This document shows, one piece after another, positions 9,609 through 18,679 of a stretch of DNA of 52,675 bases. Below the pieces are notes generated by a model that was not told the DNA's origin, ran no database searches, and worked only from the letters and a program-made list of their open reading frames with translations. Made by a program: the position numbers and the translations under genes. Where the stretch lies: sequence record SRR31156797_3034, one strand, 5' to 3'. How positions within the stretch are numbered: the stretch's first letter is position 1; each line of letters begins with the position of its first letter.

Positions 9609-10283
9609 ATGAACAAAGCAGTTGTATTATTATCCGGAGGTTTAGATTCTGCAGTGGCTTTATATTTAGCCAAGAGCAAAGGTTACGATGAAATTCATGC
9701 TATTTCATTTAATTATGGACAGCGTCATGAAACTGAATTAAACCATGCCAAAGCCATCGCGCAAAAAGCAGGTGTTCATGCTCATAAGATTGTAACATTA
9801 AACCTGGGCGATTTTGGAGGATCATCTTTAACGGATAAGAATATAGATGTGGAAGATGGTGATGTAAACAGAACAGATATCCCGGTAACTTATGTGCCGG
9901 CTCGTAATATGGTGTTTTTATCAGTTGCTGCATCTTATGCTGAAAGTATTGAGGCTCAAAATATATTTATTGGAGTTAGTCAGGTAGATTATTCTGGTTA
10001 TGTTGACTGCCGCCAGGAATTTATTGATGCCATGGAAACTGCCATCAATAAAGGAACAGTAATGGGAGCTGAGAATAATAAACCGATAAAGATCCATGCC
10101 CCATTTGTAAATAAAACAAAGGCAGAAGAAATAACTCTGGGAATGGATTTAGGTGTTGATTTTAACCTTACCTGGTCGTGCTATCGTGGAGGAGAAAAGC
10201 CTTGTGGTACTTGTGATAGTTGCTTGTTAAGAGCTAAGGCTTTTGAAGAGGCAGGATATAAAGATGCTGCACTTGATAAATAG
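9609..10283 (+). CDS. queC: 7-cyano-7-deazaguanine synthase
   Basis: LSGGLDS, NYGQRH, TYVPARN, SGYVDCR, TWSCY...CGTCDSC; ATG at 9609. Confidence 0.95.
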   Translation: MNKAVVLLSGGLDSAVALYLAKSKGYDEIHAISFNYGQRHETELNHAKAIAQKAGVHAHKIVTLNLGDFGGSSLTDKNIDVEDGDVNRTDIPVTYVPARNMVFLSVAASYAESIEAQNIFIGVSQVDYSGYVDCRQEFIDAMETAINKGTVMGAENNKPIKIHAPFVNKTKAEEITLGMDLGVDFNLTWSCYRGGEKPCGTCDSCLLRAKAFEEAGYKDAALDK

Positions 10284-10374
10284 TCATTAGATAATTAGTG
10301 CCTTCGGTAATAGATAAAATATTTTTGTCACGGTTAGATTTCAAATAGCCAAAGATGAATTGCTAAAAGCAAAA

Positions 10375-11289
10375 ATGATGATTGTTGAGGAGAAAATAAA
10401 AGAGGAAAATAAAACGATAGATACAGCAAGTCAGGCAAAACTTGTGTTGGTTGGTGAGGGTGTTTTTCCGATTACAAAAGATGCAAAAGGTAATGATATT
10501 GAGGACGGTCCGCAAACCGGATTAGGTATTGCCGGAACCATTCAGGGCGAAGGAAAGCTAGCAGGTACTCCATCATTATTTATTCGCTTAGCTAGTTGTA
10601 ATTTGCGATGCATCTGGGAAATGGCTGATGGAAGTTATTGCAGATGCGATACAGCTTATGCATCGTTTCATCCGGATGATAAAAAGTCTTGGGATGTTCG
10701 TGACATAGTAGATACTGTAAAGCAAAATATTGGTGGTATGCAGCATGTGGTGATTACCGGTGGTGAGCCATTGTTACAAAAGAAAGGTGTAGCAGCTTTA
10801 TGTAAGCTTCTAAAAACAGAGTTAGGAGTTCTTATTACCATGGAATCAAACGGTACCTTGTTTGATAAAGATGTGGCTAAATATATCGACCTGTTTAGTA
10901 TTTCGCCAAAACTAAAAAATTCTGTGCCTAATGCAGATAAATTAAGTTTTTATAAAGAAAAAGAGTCAGGTGCATCGAAATACCATGGTGAGATAAGAAA
11001 AAATATTGAGGCTTTGCAAAGCTATATCTATTATGCTAACAGTTGTGAAAAGGATTTGCAATTAAAATTTGTAGTAGGTAAAAATACAGACGCAGAAGAG
11101 ATCAAAAAAGAATATCTGGATCAGCTGCTTGCATATAACAAAGAGGATATCATGTTAATGCCACTGGGAGCTAAGCACGAGCAGATTGAAAAATCGAATC
11201 CAATTGTATTACAGCTTTGTATTGCCAATGGCTGGAAATACTCTCCACGTATTCATATTGATATTTTTGGGTCAAAAATGGGCGTTTAA
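10375..11289 (+). CDS. queE: 7-carboxy-7-deazaguanine synthase (radical SAM)
   Basis: TIQGEG, FIRLASCNLRC...CDT, VITGGEPLLQ, ESNGT, SISPKL, RIHIDIFG; lies between queC and queF; exact start uncertain. Confidence 0.9.
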   Translation: MMIVEEKIKEENKTIDTASQAKLVLVGEGVFPITKDAKGNDIEDGPQTGLGIAGTIQGEGKLAGTPSLFIRLASCNLRCIWEMADGSYCRCDTAYASFHPDDKKSWDVRDIVDTVKQNIGGMQHVVITGGEPLLQKKGVAALCKLLKTELGVLITMESNGTLFDKDVAKYIDLFSISPKLKNSVPNADKLSFYKEKESGASKYHGEIRKNIEALQSYIYYANSCEKDLQLKFVVGKNTDAEEIKKEYLDQLLAYNKEDIMLMPLGAKHEQIEKSNPIVLQLCIANGWKYSPRIHIDIFGSKMGV

Positions 11290-11290
11290 T

Positions 11291-11339
11291 CAGTGAACAT
11301 TGATCAGTAGACAATTAGCAGTGCGCCGTTATTAGTTCG
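11291..11339 (+). repeat. Degenerate heptamer tandem tract (7 units)
   Basis: cagtgaa cattgat cagtaga caattag cagtgcg ccgttat tagttcg. Confidence 0.6.
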
Positions 11340-11355
11340 AAACAACAAATTACAG

Positions 11356-12234
11356 ATGTCCAATTCAATAGAAGGAAAAGTATTAGGTAAACAAATCAGT
11401 CACCCGAGGGAATATGCTCCGGAAATATTGGTGGCTGTTCCTCGTTATTTAAACCGTGAACAGTACGATATTCAGGAACAAAATTTACCATTTGTGGGTT
11501 ATGATGCCTGGCATGCTTATGAGTTAGGTTTTCTGACTCAAAAAGGATTTCCTGTGAGTGGAATACTAAAAATTGTTTACCCTTGTGATAGTACTAATTT
11601 AGTAGAAAGTAAATCCCTTAAGCTATATCTGAATTCATTTAATATGGGCAGATATGGTGAAAATCGTAAACAGGGTATAGAGACGGTGCTGGAAACCATT
11701 AAAAACGATTTAACAACTCTGTTGGAGACTGAAATACAGTTGCAATTTCATTCAGCATACAATCAAGAATATGATTTTAATGATTATGCTTTATTGGAAG
11801 AACTACCAGAAGCTGATCAGATTGAATTTGATACTTTCAAAGAGCATAAAGATTTTATAGTAGGGCATGCATCAGAGGAGTTACATACTTATAAAGTAAG
11901 TACGAATTTGTTGCGTAGTAATTGTAAAATTACGCATCAACCCGATTGGGGAAGTGCGTTTATCTCTATTAAATCAAGGTTCGAAATTGATTTAATATCT
12001 CTATTGAAATATTTGGTTTCTATCAGAGATGAAAATCATTTTCATGAAGAGATTTGTGAGATGGTTTATAAACGATTATTGGATCGATTTGAACCCGAAG
12101 AATTAGTGGTTACGTGTTTGTATACGCGTAGAGGAGGTATTGATATTTGTCCGGTTAGGGCAAACAAAAAAGAATTATTACCACCTAATATCATTCGGTC
12201 AAATGTATTAACTTCACCGGCATTTAGACAATAA
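11356..12234 (+). CDS. queF: NADPH-dependent preQ0 reductase, bimodular (YqcD) type
   Basis: ESKSLKLYLNSF QueF motif, RSNCKITHQPDWG, FHEEICE, YTRRGGIDI. Confidence 0.95.
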   Translation: MSNSIEGKVLGKQISHPREYAPEILVAVPRYLNREQYDIQEQNLPFVGYDAWHAYELGFLTQKGFPVSGILKIVYPCDSTNLVESKSLKLYLNSFNMGRYGENRKQGIETVLETIKNDLTTLLETEIQLQFHSAYNQEYDFNDYALLEELPEADQIEFDTFKEHKDFIVGHASEELHTYKVSTNLLRSNCKITHQPDWGSAFISIKSRFEIDLISLLKYLVSIRDENHFHEEICEMVYKRLLDRFEPEELVVTCLYTRRGGIDICPVRANKKELLPPNIIRSNVLTSPAFRQ

Positions 12235-12310
12235 TTTAGCCTGTAGCAATTGATCATTGGTGCATATTTATTCGTTTATTTCAGGATTATTATAACTCAA
12301 TATAAAAGCC

Positions 12311-13231
12311 ATGAATATAGCTATTATAGGAACCGGAGGTGTAGGTGGATATTTTGGAATTCGTCTGGCTCAAGCCGGCCATCAGGTAACTTTTCTTGCA
12401 CGGGGAAAACACAAACAAGCGATAGAAGAAAAAGGATTGCAATTGATCAGTCCCAAAGGTGATTATACGGTAGAAAACACCATGGTGGTTGATTGTATAT
12501 CTGATATTAAGGATCCTGAGCTTGTTTTAATAGGAGTAAAAGCCTGGCAGGTAAAAGATATAGCTAAAGAATTAAAAGATGTTATATCTGAAAAAACAAT
12601 CGTTATTCTATTACAAAATGGCGTGATGGCTGCCAAAGAACTGTTGGAAGAACTTCCTGGTATTAATGTAATGGGAGGTTTGTGTAATATCTTCAGTAAA
12701 ATAAAAGAACCTGGTGTAATTGAGCATATGAGTTCTGAACCTTATTTGATTTTTGGGGAGATGGATAATACCATTTCTGAAAGAGCTAAGGAAGTGAATG
12801 AATTGTTGACTGCAGCAGGTATCAAAAACAAACTATCGAATTACATACAGGGAGATACCTGGAAAAAGTTTATGCTGATTTGTTTAGGTGGTTTAGGTGC
12901 ACTTACCAGAGCTAATTATGGTGTTTTATGCGAAACTCCGGAACTGCTAAAAATGATGGAGCAAATGACGGATGAAATATATAATGTAGCTATAGCGGAA
13001 GGTGTTGAGCTGGATGAGTCGGTGAAAGAAAAAACACTTAAAGCCACCTTGTCTTTTGCTCCAAGTGCCAATTCATCCATGGCACGTGATATATGGGCTG
13101 GTCGTCCTTCTGAATTAGATTATCAAAATGGGAGTGTGGTGCAGTTGGCTCAAAAGCATGGCGTTGAAGTTCCAGTGAATTACATGATTTACCATAGCCT
13201 GTTACCGCAGGAGAGGGAAGCCAGAAAATAG
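12311..13231 (+). CDS. panE: 2-dehydropantoate 2-reductase
   Basis: GTGGVGGYFG, LQNG, WKKF, SSMARDIWAGRPSELDYQNG. Confidence 0.88.
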   Translation: MNIAIIGTGGVGGYFGIRLAQAGHQVTFLARGKHKQAIEEKGLQLISPKGDYTVENTMVVDCISDIKDPELVLIGVKAWQVKDIAKELKDVISEKTIVILLQNGVMAAKELLEELPGINVMGGLCNIFSKIKEPGVIEHMSSEPYLIFGEMDNTISERAKEVNELLTAAGIKNKLSNYIQGDTWKKFMLICLGGLGALTRANYGVLCETPELLKMMEQMTDEIYNVAIAEGVELDESVKEKTLKATLSFAPSANSSMARDIWAGRPSELDYQNGSVVQLAQKHGVEVPVNYMIYHSLLPQEREARK

Positions 13232-13284
13232 TGAACAATTGGCAATGATAGGTAAACAGTTATCAGCAGGTAGTAAATAGCTTC
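13229..13284 (+). repeat. Degenerate heptamer tandem tract (8 units)
   Basis: tagtgaa caattgg caatgat aggtaaa cagttat cagcagg tagtaaa tagcttc. Confidence 0.6.
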
Positions 13285-13299
13285 AAATAAAAATAAGCG

Positions 13300-13929
13300 A
13301 TGATTTGTATCGGTATTGATGGTTGTAGAGGAGGTTGGCTATTTACACTAATAGATGCTAAACAAAATTTATCCCTTAGTTTGATCAAAAGACTGGATGA
13401 TGGGCTTGATTTATTGAAGAAGGCACAGCGAGTTTATATTGACATGCCCATTGGCTTAGTGAAAGAAAAAGGACAGGTTCGAGAAATTGATGTTCAGATC
13501 AGAAAAGACTTGGGGCATCCTTTCAGTTCTTCAGTTTTTACGGTTCCATGTCAACAAGCTGTTTATGCTAATGATTACCATCAAGCTAATCAAATAAATA
13601 AAGATATTTTAGGTAAAGGAATTTCTATACAGGCCTGGAATATTTGTCCTAAAATCAAAGAATTGGATATCTTCCTTTGTCATAACTCAGGTTTAAAATC
13701 TAAGTTTATAGAAACTCATCCCGAATTATGTTTTAAACAATTAAAGGGTAGTTCACTTTCTTACAAAAAGAAAACGAAGGAAGGAAAAGAAGAACGAATT
13801 AAGCTACTACAAACGCAGCTACCCGAAATTTCTTTATCATTCCAACAATTCAGAAAACAGTTCTTAAAAAAGGATGTTGCTGATGATGATATTCTGGATA
13901 GTTTGGTGCTGGGAATTAATAATTTTTAA
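13300..13929 (+). CDS. DUF429 family protein (RNase H-like fold predicted)
   Basis: IGIDGCRGGW, IDMPIGL, SSVFTVP, ETHPELCF, DDILDS. Confidence 0.8.
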   Translation: MICIGIDGCRGGWLFTLIDAKQNLSLSLIKRLDDGLDLLKKAQRVYIDMPIGLVKEKGQVREIDVQIRKDLGHPFSSSVFTVPCQQAVYANDYHQANQINKDILGKGISIQAWNICPKIKELDIFLCHNSGLKSKFIETHPELCFKQLKGSSLSYKKKTKEGKEERIKLLQTQLPEISLSFQQFRKQFLKKDVADDDILDSLVLGINNF

Positions 13930-14154
13930 GTTGAGGAAGATTGAAATTGAGGACATTTTACTATTTCTAACAAATCAGTATCTTGAAAAAGATCAGAGTT
14001 TTATTTAACAGTCATAAGAATTAAAGCCTGTTTATGTAGGAATTCAAGATGGATGTAATGTACTCGTTCAATTAAAATATAAGTGTATATTTGGCCTTAA
14101 TTGTCATATAAATCGAATATGCATATACTATTAAACAAATATTTAAAACCTTTT

Positions 14155-14727
14155 ATGATGAAGAAAATTATTCTAGTTCTAGCCATTATTGGTTTAGTAA
14201 GTACAGTAAAAGCACAAGATAAAATTGCTGTTGGTTTAAAAGCTGGTTTTAACAGTACAAAATTGAACTTATCTAGTATACCAACAGGATACGATATAAA
14301 AAGTGAAGCAAAAAGTGGATTCTTATTTGGAGCTTACGGAAAATTAAAATTAATAGGTAACCTTTCTTTTCAACCAGAATTGTATTATGCTAAGAAGCAA
14401 ACAGATTACATTGTAAATGGTGTAAACTTAGGCGGAGATATTAAGACTTGGGATGTTCCTTTATTAGCAAACTTGAAAGTTTTAGATCTGAAAGTTGCTC
14501 ATGTATACGGTTTAGCAGGACCAGTGATGTCATTTATCTCAAAAGATGATTTAAAAAACCTAGAGGATGCGAACTGGACATTTCAAGCTGGTTTAGGAGC
14601 TCAGGTATGGAAAATATCAGCTGATGTTCGTTACGAATGGGGGATGAAAGATATTTCGAAAGTTGATATCGGTAAAAAGACTGATGTATTAACTTTTACA
14701 ATTGGTTATAGATTATTCGGATTATAA
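14155..14727 (+). CDS. Outer-membrane beta-barrel (porin family / PorT-like)
   Basis: Signal peptide (VKA-Q), GLKAGFN, FQPELYY, DVRYEWG, C-terminal IGYRLF. Confidence 0.8.
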   Translation: MMKKIILVLAIIGLVSTVKAQDKIAVGLKAGFNSTKLNLSSIPTGYDIKSEAKSGFLFGAYGKLKLIGNLSFQPELYYAKKQTDYIVNGVNLGGDIKTWDVPLLANLKVLDLKVAHVYGLAGPVMSFISKDDLKNLEDANWTFQAGLGAQVWKISADVRYEWGMKDISKVDIGKKTDVLTFTIGYRLFGL

Positions 14728-14752
14728 TAGCGTTAATACAATATTCTACTGA

Positions 14753-14785
14753 GAGGTTAAATTAATTTTTAGCCTCATTTTTTTG
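14753..14785 (+). terminator. Intrinsic terminator
   Basis: GAGGTTAA...TTAGCCTC followed by a T-run. Confidence 0.6.
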
Positions 14786-14864
14786 TTTTAAATCTTTTAA
14801 GTTTGGATGGTTGGGGTGTTGTAGATGTATGTGTAAGGTGCATAAAATTAGATCTTTGTGGTTT

Positions 14865-14880
14865 TGGCATGTGCTTTGCA
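14865..14880 (+). promoter_or_regulatory. Sigma54 (-24/-12) promoter
   Basis: TGGCATGTGCTTTGCA, GG-N10-GC spacing, about 70 nt upstream of the ATG at 14950. Confidence 0.7.
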
Positions 14881-14949
14881 AAGTCTTTAGTAACTGAATG
14901 CCGGTAAATTCAGGCACCAATTTTATTCATTCATTTAAAACTGGAAGCC

Positions 14950-15588
14950 ATGAAAAAATTAGATTTAAAACAGTTCGTGTTGCTATTCGTTTTTTCAACA
15001 GTAATAGCAGGATTTAGTGCTGAGGCACAGAAAAGAGAATCTAGAAGAAGTAGACAAGCATATAGCGAAAGTCATCAGAAAAATAACCAAAGGAAGAATT
15101 ATTCCAACGATTATAGAAAAGGACATAGAGATAGCGATTACAAAGCAAACGACAGGTATAGTAAAAATAGAGGTGATTATAAAAAACATGACTATGCTTA
15201 TCATGAGCATTCAAAAAAATATAATAAGGAGTATAGAAATAAGCACAACAAGCATGGTAATTATGCTTATAAAAATGACTTTTACTACAGGCATCCTAAT
15301 TATGGGATTGTATACAGAAAATTCCATAAAAAACCAGTAAGGTTTAGACATCATGATCGAAACTATTATTATTATGGAGGTCACTATTATTGTCACAAAA
15401 GAGGAGTGGGGTATGTAAGAGTTATTTTACCTGAACATGTTGTATTTAACTATCTGCCCGATCATACTATTCGTTATACAAGACACGGTCATGTTTATTA
15501 TGGAATTGAAGATTTAATATTCGAAAAGTGTCGAAATGGATTCCGAAGAGTCCCTGATTGTAATTTCCATATTTCAGCACATTTTTAA
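14950..15588 (+). CDS. Secreted His/Tyr/Lys/Arg-rich low-complexity protein
   Basis: Signal peptide (AEA-Q), basic His/Tyr-rich middle, C-terminal YYYYGGHYY...GYVRV module. Confidence 0.7.
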   Translation: MKKLDLKQFVLLFVFSTVIAGFSAEAQKRESRRSRQAYSESHQKNNQRKNYSNDYRKGHRDSDYKANDRYSKNRGDYKKHDYAYHEHSKKYNKEYRNKHNKHGNYAYKNDFYYRHPNYGIVYRKFHKKPVRFRHHDRNYYYYGGHYYCHKRGVGYVRVILPEHVVFNYLPDHTIRYTRHGHVYYGIEDLIFEKCRNGFRRVPDCNFHISAHF

Positions 15589-15595
15589 AATAAAT

Positions 15596-15626
15596 AAAAG
15601 CGAGGTTTTACACTTCGCTTTTTTTA
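15596..15626 (+). terminator. Intrinsic terminator
   Basis: AAAAGCGAG...CTTCGCTTTT followed by a T-run. Confidence 0.7.
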
Positions 15627-15883
15627 TTTGTTTATTTCTTACAAAAGTTAATCATTATGGTGTATTGTATGATTTTCCATGCTGAAAGACTTGCAGATTG
15701 GTTATATTGCGCGAAAATATAGATTGCTAAACACCCAAGTATTTATCAAGTTTAAGCATAATATTAAAATTTAAGGTATAACACACATATATGGAATAAT
15801 TATAGATTTTATGCATTCTGAAAAGAATTAATAGAATGATAAAATTTATAGAATTTCATACTACAAACGAAATTTATTATAGC

Positions 15884-18307
15884 ATGAAGAGTACTCTGTT
15901 TTTATTTTTTGTTTTACTCATATTTTTTGAAGTAAACGCACAGGAACGATCTGTAATTACTTTATCTGACAATTGGAAATTTACCAAAGGAGAAGTGAAA
16001 GATGCAGAAAAAAATGATTTTGATGATCGTAAATGGAAAACAGTTTCTGTACCTCACGATTGGGCTATTTATGGTCCTTTTGACAAGGAAATAGATAAGC
16101 AAACAGTGAGAATTGTTCAAAATAATGAAAAGAAAGCCAAAGAAAAATATGGTAGGACAGGAGCTTTACCTCATATCGGCATAGGTTGGTATAGAACTAG
16201 TTTTGCTTTATCTCAACTTGAAGATGGTAAAAAGGCATTACTGGTTTTTGATGGCGCCATGAGTAATGCACAGGTATTTGTCAATGGCAACAAAGTAGGA
16301 AGCAGGCCTTATGGTTACAGCTATTTTTATTTCGATATTACTGAGTATGTAAATAAAGATACGGAGAATGTACTAGCTGTTCGACTTGAAAATCCATCTC
16401 AGGCATCTCGGTGGTATCCTGGTGCAGGTTTGTATCGAAAAGTGCAAATACTAGTTAAAGATGAGGTATGTTTTAAACAGTGGGGAACTTTTATTACAAC
16501 TCCTTATGTTGACGAAAATGTAGCTAAGGTTAATATTAAGTCTGAAGTACTTGGGAAAGGAGTGAAGATTGAGTGTGTAATTAAAGATGATCAGGGTAAT
16601 GAAGTTGCTAAAAATACTAGTGAAAGTATTTTTGGTAATGAGATAGAACAAAACATCGCTGTAAATAAGCCTCATTTATGGAATCCTGAAACACCGGTTT
16701 TATATACCGCAGAATTGAAATTATACCAGAATAATACATTAAAAGATGTTCAGCAAATACAATTCGGTATTCGAACTATTTCCTATACGGCTGAAAAAGG
16801 TTTTCAATTAAACGGTAAAACCACAAAGTTTAAAGGAGTTTGTTTACATCATGATTTAGGTCCATTGGGAGCCGCCTTAAATGAGGCAGCATTAAAACGA
16901 CAGCTTACCATTTTGAAAGATATGGGTTGTAATGCTATCCGTTCTGCACATAATATGCCTTCGCATGAGCAATTGGCTTTATGTGACGAAATGGGATTCT
17001 TATTTTTAGCAGAGAGCTTTGATGAGTGGGCTAAACCTAAGGTCAAGAATGGCTATAATCGTTATTTTAATGAATGGGCAGAAAAGGATGTGGTAAATCT
17101 GGTACGAGCTACGCGTAATCATCCTTGTATTGTGATGTGGAGCTCAGGTAATGAAGTGCCTGATCAGCATGGAAGTATCGGTGTTAAACGTGCAAAATGG
17201 CTTCAGGATATTTTTCATCGAGAAGATCCAACGCGCCCGGTAACAGTTGGAATGGATCAGGTAAAAGCAGTCATGCAGAGTGGATTTGGTGCTATCATGG
17301 ATATTCCGGGTTTAAATTACAGAGTTCATTTATATGATGAGGCATATGAAAGATTTCCACAGGGATTTTTATTAGGGTCGGAAACTGCATCAACAGTAAG
17401 CTCCAGAGGTATTTATAAATTTCCTGTTGAAAAGGCGAAAAATAAAATGTATTCAGATGGACAATGTTCTTCATATGATTTTGAATATTGTAGTTGGAGT
17501 AACTTACCTGATGATGATTTTGTTTTGCAAGATGATAAAGACTGGGTAATAGGAGAATTTGTATGGACAGGTTTTGATTATTTAGGAGAACCAACACCTT
17601 ACGATCATCAGTGGCCTTCTCGCAGTTCATACTTTGGAATTTGTGATTTGGCAGGTTTACCTAAAGATCGATATTATTTGTACCGTAGCCGTTGGAATAA
17701 AGATGAGGAAACATTGCATATCTTACCTCATTGGAATTGGGAAGGCAGAGAAGGAGAAATAACACCTATATTTGTTTATACAAGCTATAATAAGGCAGAA
17801 TTGTTTGTAAATGGTAAGAGTCAGGGTATTCAGGTAAAAAGTAATGAAAGTAAACAGCATCGTTATAGATTAATGTGGAACGACGTTAAATATGAACCAG
17901 GAAGCATAAAAGTGGTAGCTTATGATGATGATGATAACCCTGTGGCAGAAAAAAAGATTGAAACAGCCGGAGAACCGCATCATATTGAGTTATCAGTAGA
18001 TAGAAAAGTGATTCATGCAGATGGAAAGGATTTATGCTATGTTACAGTTTCTGTTGTAGATAAAGAAGGGCGTCTTTGTCCCACTGCAACAAATCAACTC
18101 AATTTTAAGGTTAACGGAAAAGGAAAATATAGAGCAGCATGTAACGGTGATGCAACTTCGTTAGAGTTGTTCCATTTACCAACCATGAAAGCCTTTAGCG
18201 GAAAGCTAGTGGTAACTATTCAGGCAGAAAAGGAGCCTGGTGAAATTATGTTAGCTGTTAGTTCAAAAGGTTTGAAGTCAGGAAAAATTCAGATAAAAAC
18301 AAAGTAG
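15884..18307 (+). CDS. Beta-galactosidase, GH2 (DUF4982-containing type)
   Basis: VPHDWAI, FDGAMS, RWYPGAGLYR, GVCLHHDLG, WSSGNE, GSET, WTGFDYLGEPTPY; signal peptide from ATG 15884. Confidence 0.9.
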   Translation: MKSTLFLFFVLLIFFEVNAQERSVITLSDNWKFTKGEVKDAEKNDFDDRKWKTVSVPHDWAIYGPFDKEIDKQTVRIVQNNEKKAKEKYGRTGALPHIGIGWYRTSFALSQLEDGKKALLVFDGAMSNAQVFVNGNKVGSRPYGYSYFYFDITEYVNKDTENVLAVRLENPSQASRWYPGAGLYRKVQILVKDEVCFKQWGTFITTPYVDENVAKVNIKSEVLGKGVKIECVIKDDQGNEVAKNTSESIFGNEIEQNIAVNKPHLWNPETPVLYTAELKLYQNNTLKDVQQIQFGIRTISYTAEKGFQLNGKTTKFKGVCLHHDLGPLGAALNEAALKRQLTILKDMGCNAIRSAHNMPSHEQLALCDEMGFLFLAESFDEWAKPKVKNGYNRYFNEWAEKDVVNLVRATRNHPCIVMWSSGNEVPDQHGSIGVKRAKWLQDIFHREDPTRPVTVGMDQVKAVMQSGFGAIMDIPGLNYRVHLYDEAYERFPQGFLLGSETASTVSSRGIYKFPVEKAKNKMYSDGQCSSYDFEYCSWSNLPDDDFVLQDDKDWVIGEFVWTGFDYLGEPTPYDHQWPSRSSYFGICDLAGLPKDRYYLYRSRWNKDEETLHILPHWNWEGREGEITPIFVYTSYNKAELFVNGKSQGIQVKSNESKQHRYRLMWNDVKYEPGSIKVVAYDDDDNPVAEKKIETAGEPHHIELSVDRKVIHADGKDLCYVTVSVVDKEGRLCPTATNQLNFKVNGKGKYRAACNGDATSLELFHLPTMKAFSGKLVVTIQAEKEPGEIMLAVSSKGLKSGKIQIKTK

Positions 18308-18314
18308 ATCATAA

Positions 18315-18354
18315 TAAAGTCCAATAAAATTACATTTTTTTTTATTGGACTTTA
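18315..18354. terminator. Long AT-rich inverted repeat after GH2 (probable terminator)
   Basis: TAAAGTCCAATAAAA-N10-TTTTATTGGACTTTA, perfect 15-bp arms. Confidence 0.6.
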
Positions 18355-18431
18355 ATGTCTTGAAAACCTTGTTTTTATTGAGATTTTGAAGAGTGTAGGA
18401 TGAAAAAATATTAAGTTTTTATGTATTTGAG

Positions 18432-18464
18432 TTTGGAATCTTAAAATTAAATTCCCTATATTTG
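18432..18464 (+). promoter_or_regulatory. Bacteroidota -33/-7 promoter for tRNA-Arg
   Basis: TTTG (18432-18435), 21-nt spacer, TATATTTG (18457-18464). Confidence 0.7.
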
Positions 18465-18507
18465 CACCGCATTTGAGAAAAACACTTACTCAAAAGCAAT
18501 AAAAAAT

Positions 18508-18581
18508 GGATCTGTAGCTTAATTGGATAGAGCACTTGGTTACGGCCCAAGAGGTTAGGGGTTCGAGTCCCTTCAGATTCA
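18508..18581 (+). tRNA. tRNA-Arg (anticodon ACG), CCA not encoded
   Basis: Acceptor GGATCTG/CAGATTC, D-arm, anticodon arm CTTGG-TTACGGC-CCAAG, T-arm AGGGG-TTCGAGT-CCCTT. Confidence 0.95.
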
Positions 18582-18584
18582 CAG

Positions 18585-18621
18585 AAGCGCTTAAAACATA
18601 TGTTTTAAGCGCTTTTTTTTT
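18585..18621 (+). terminator. tRNA terminator (perfect 30-bp palindrome plus T-run)
   Basis: AAGCGCTTAAAACATATGTTTTAAGCGCTT followed by TTTTTTT. Confidence 0.8.
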
Positions 18622-18653
18622 GCTGTTTTTGTAATTCGAAACATGAAGAATGT

Positions 18654-18679
18654 TGAAACTAAACTGCTTAATTTTCGTA
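18654..18679 (+). promoter_or_regulatory. ECF-sigma type promoter upstream of tonB
   Basis: TGAAAC-N16-CGTA. Confidence 0.55.

Noticed and set aside
9609-12234. 7-deazaguanine DNA modification (dpd) island
   Set aside because: No dpdA/tgt-like or dpdB-K genes; queF and a preQ1 riboswitch indicate ordinary tRNA queuosine synthesis
1095-18307. Polysaccharide utilisation locus around GH51 and GH2
   Set aside because: The enzymes are about 13 kb apart among housekeeping genes, with no susC/susD pair or HTCS
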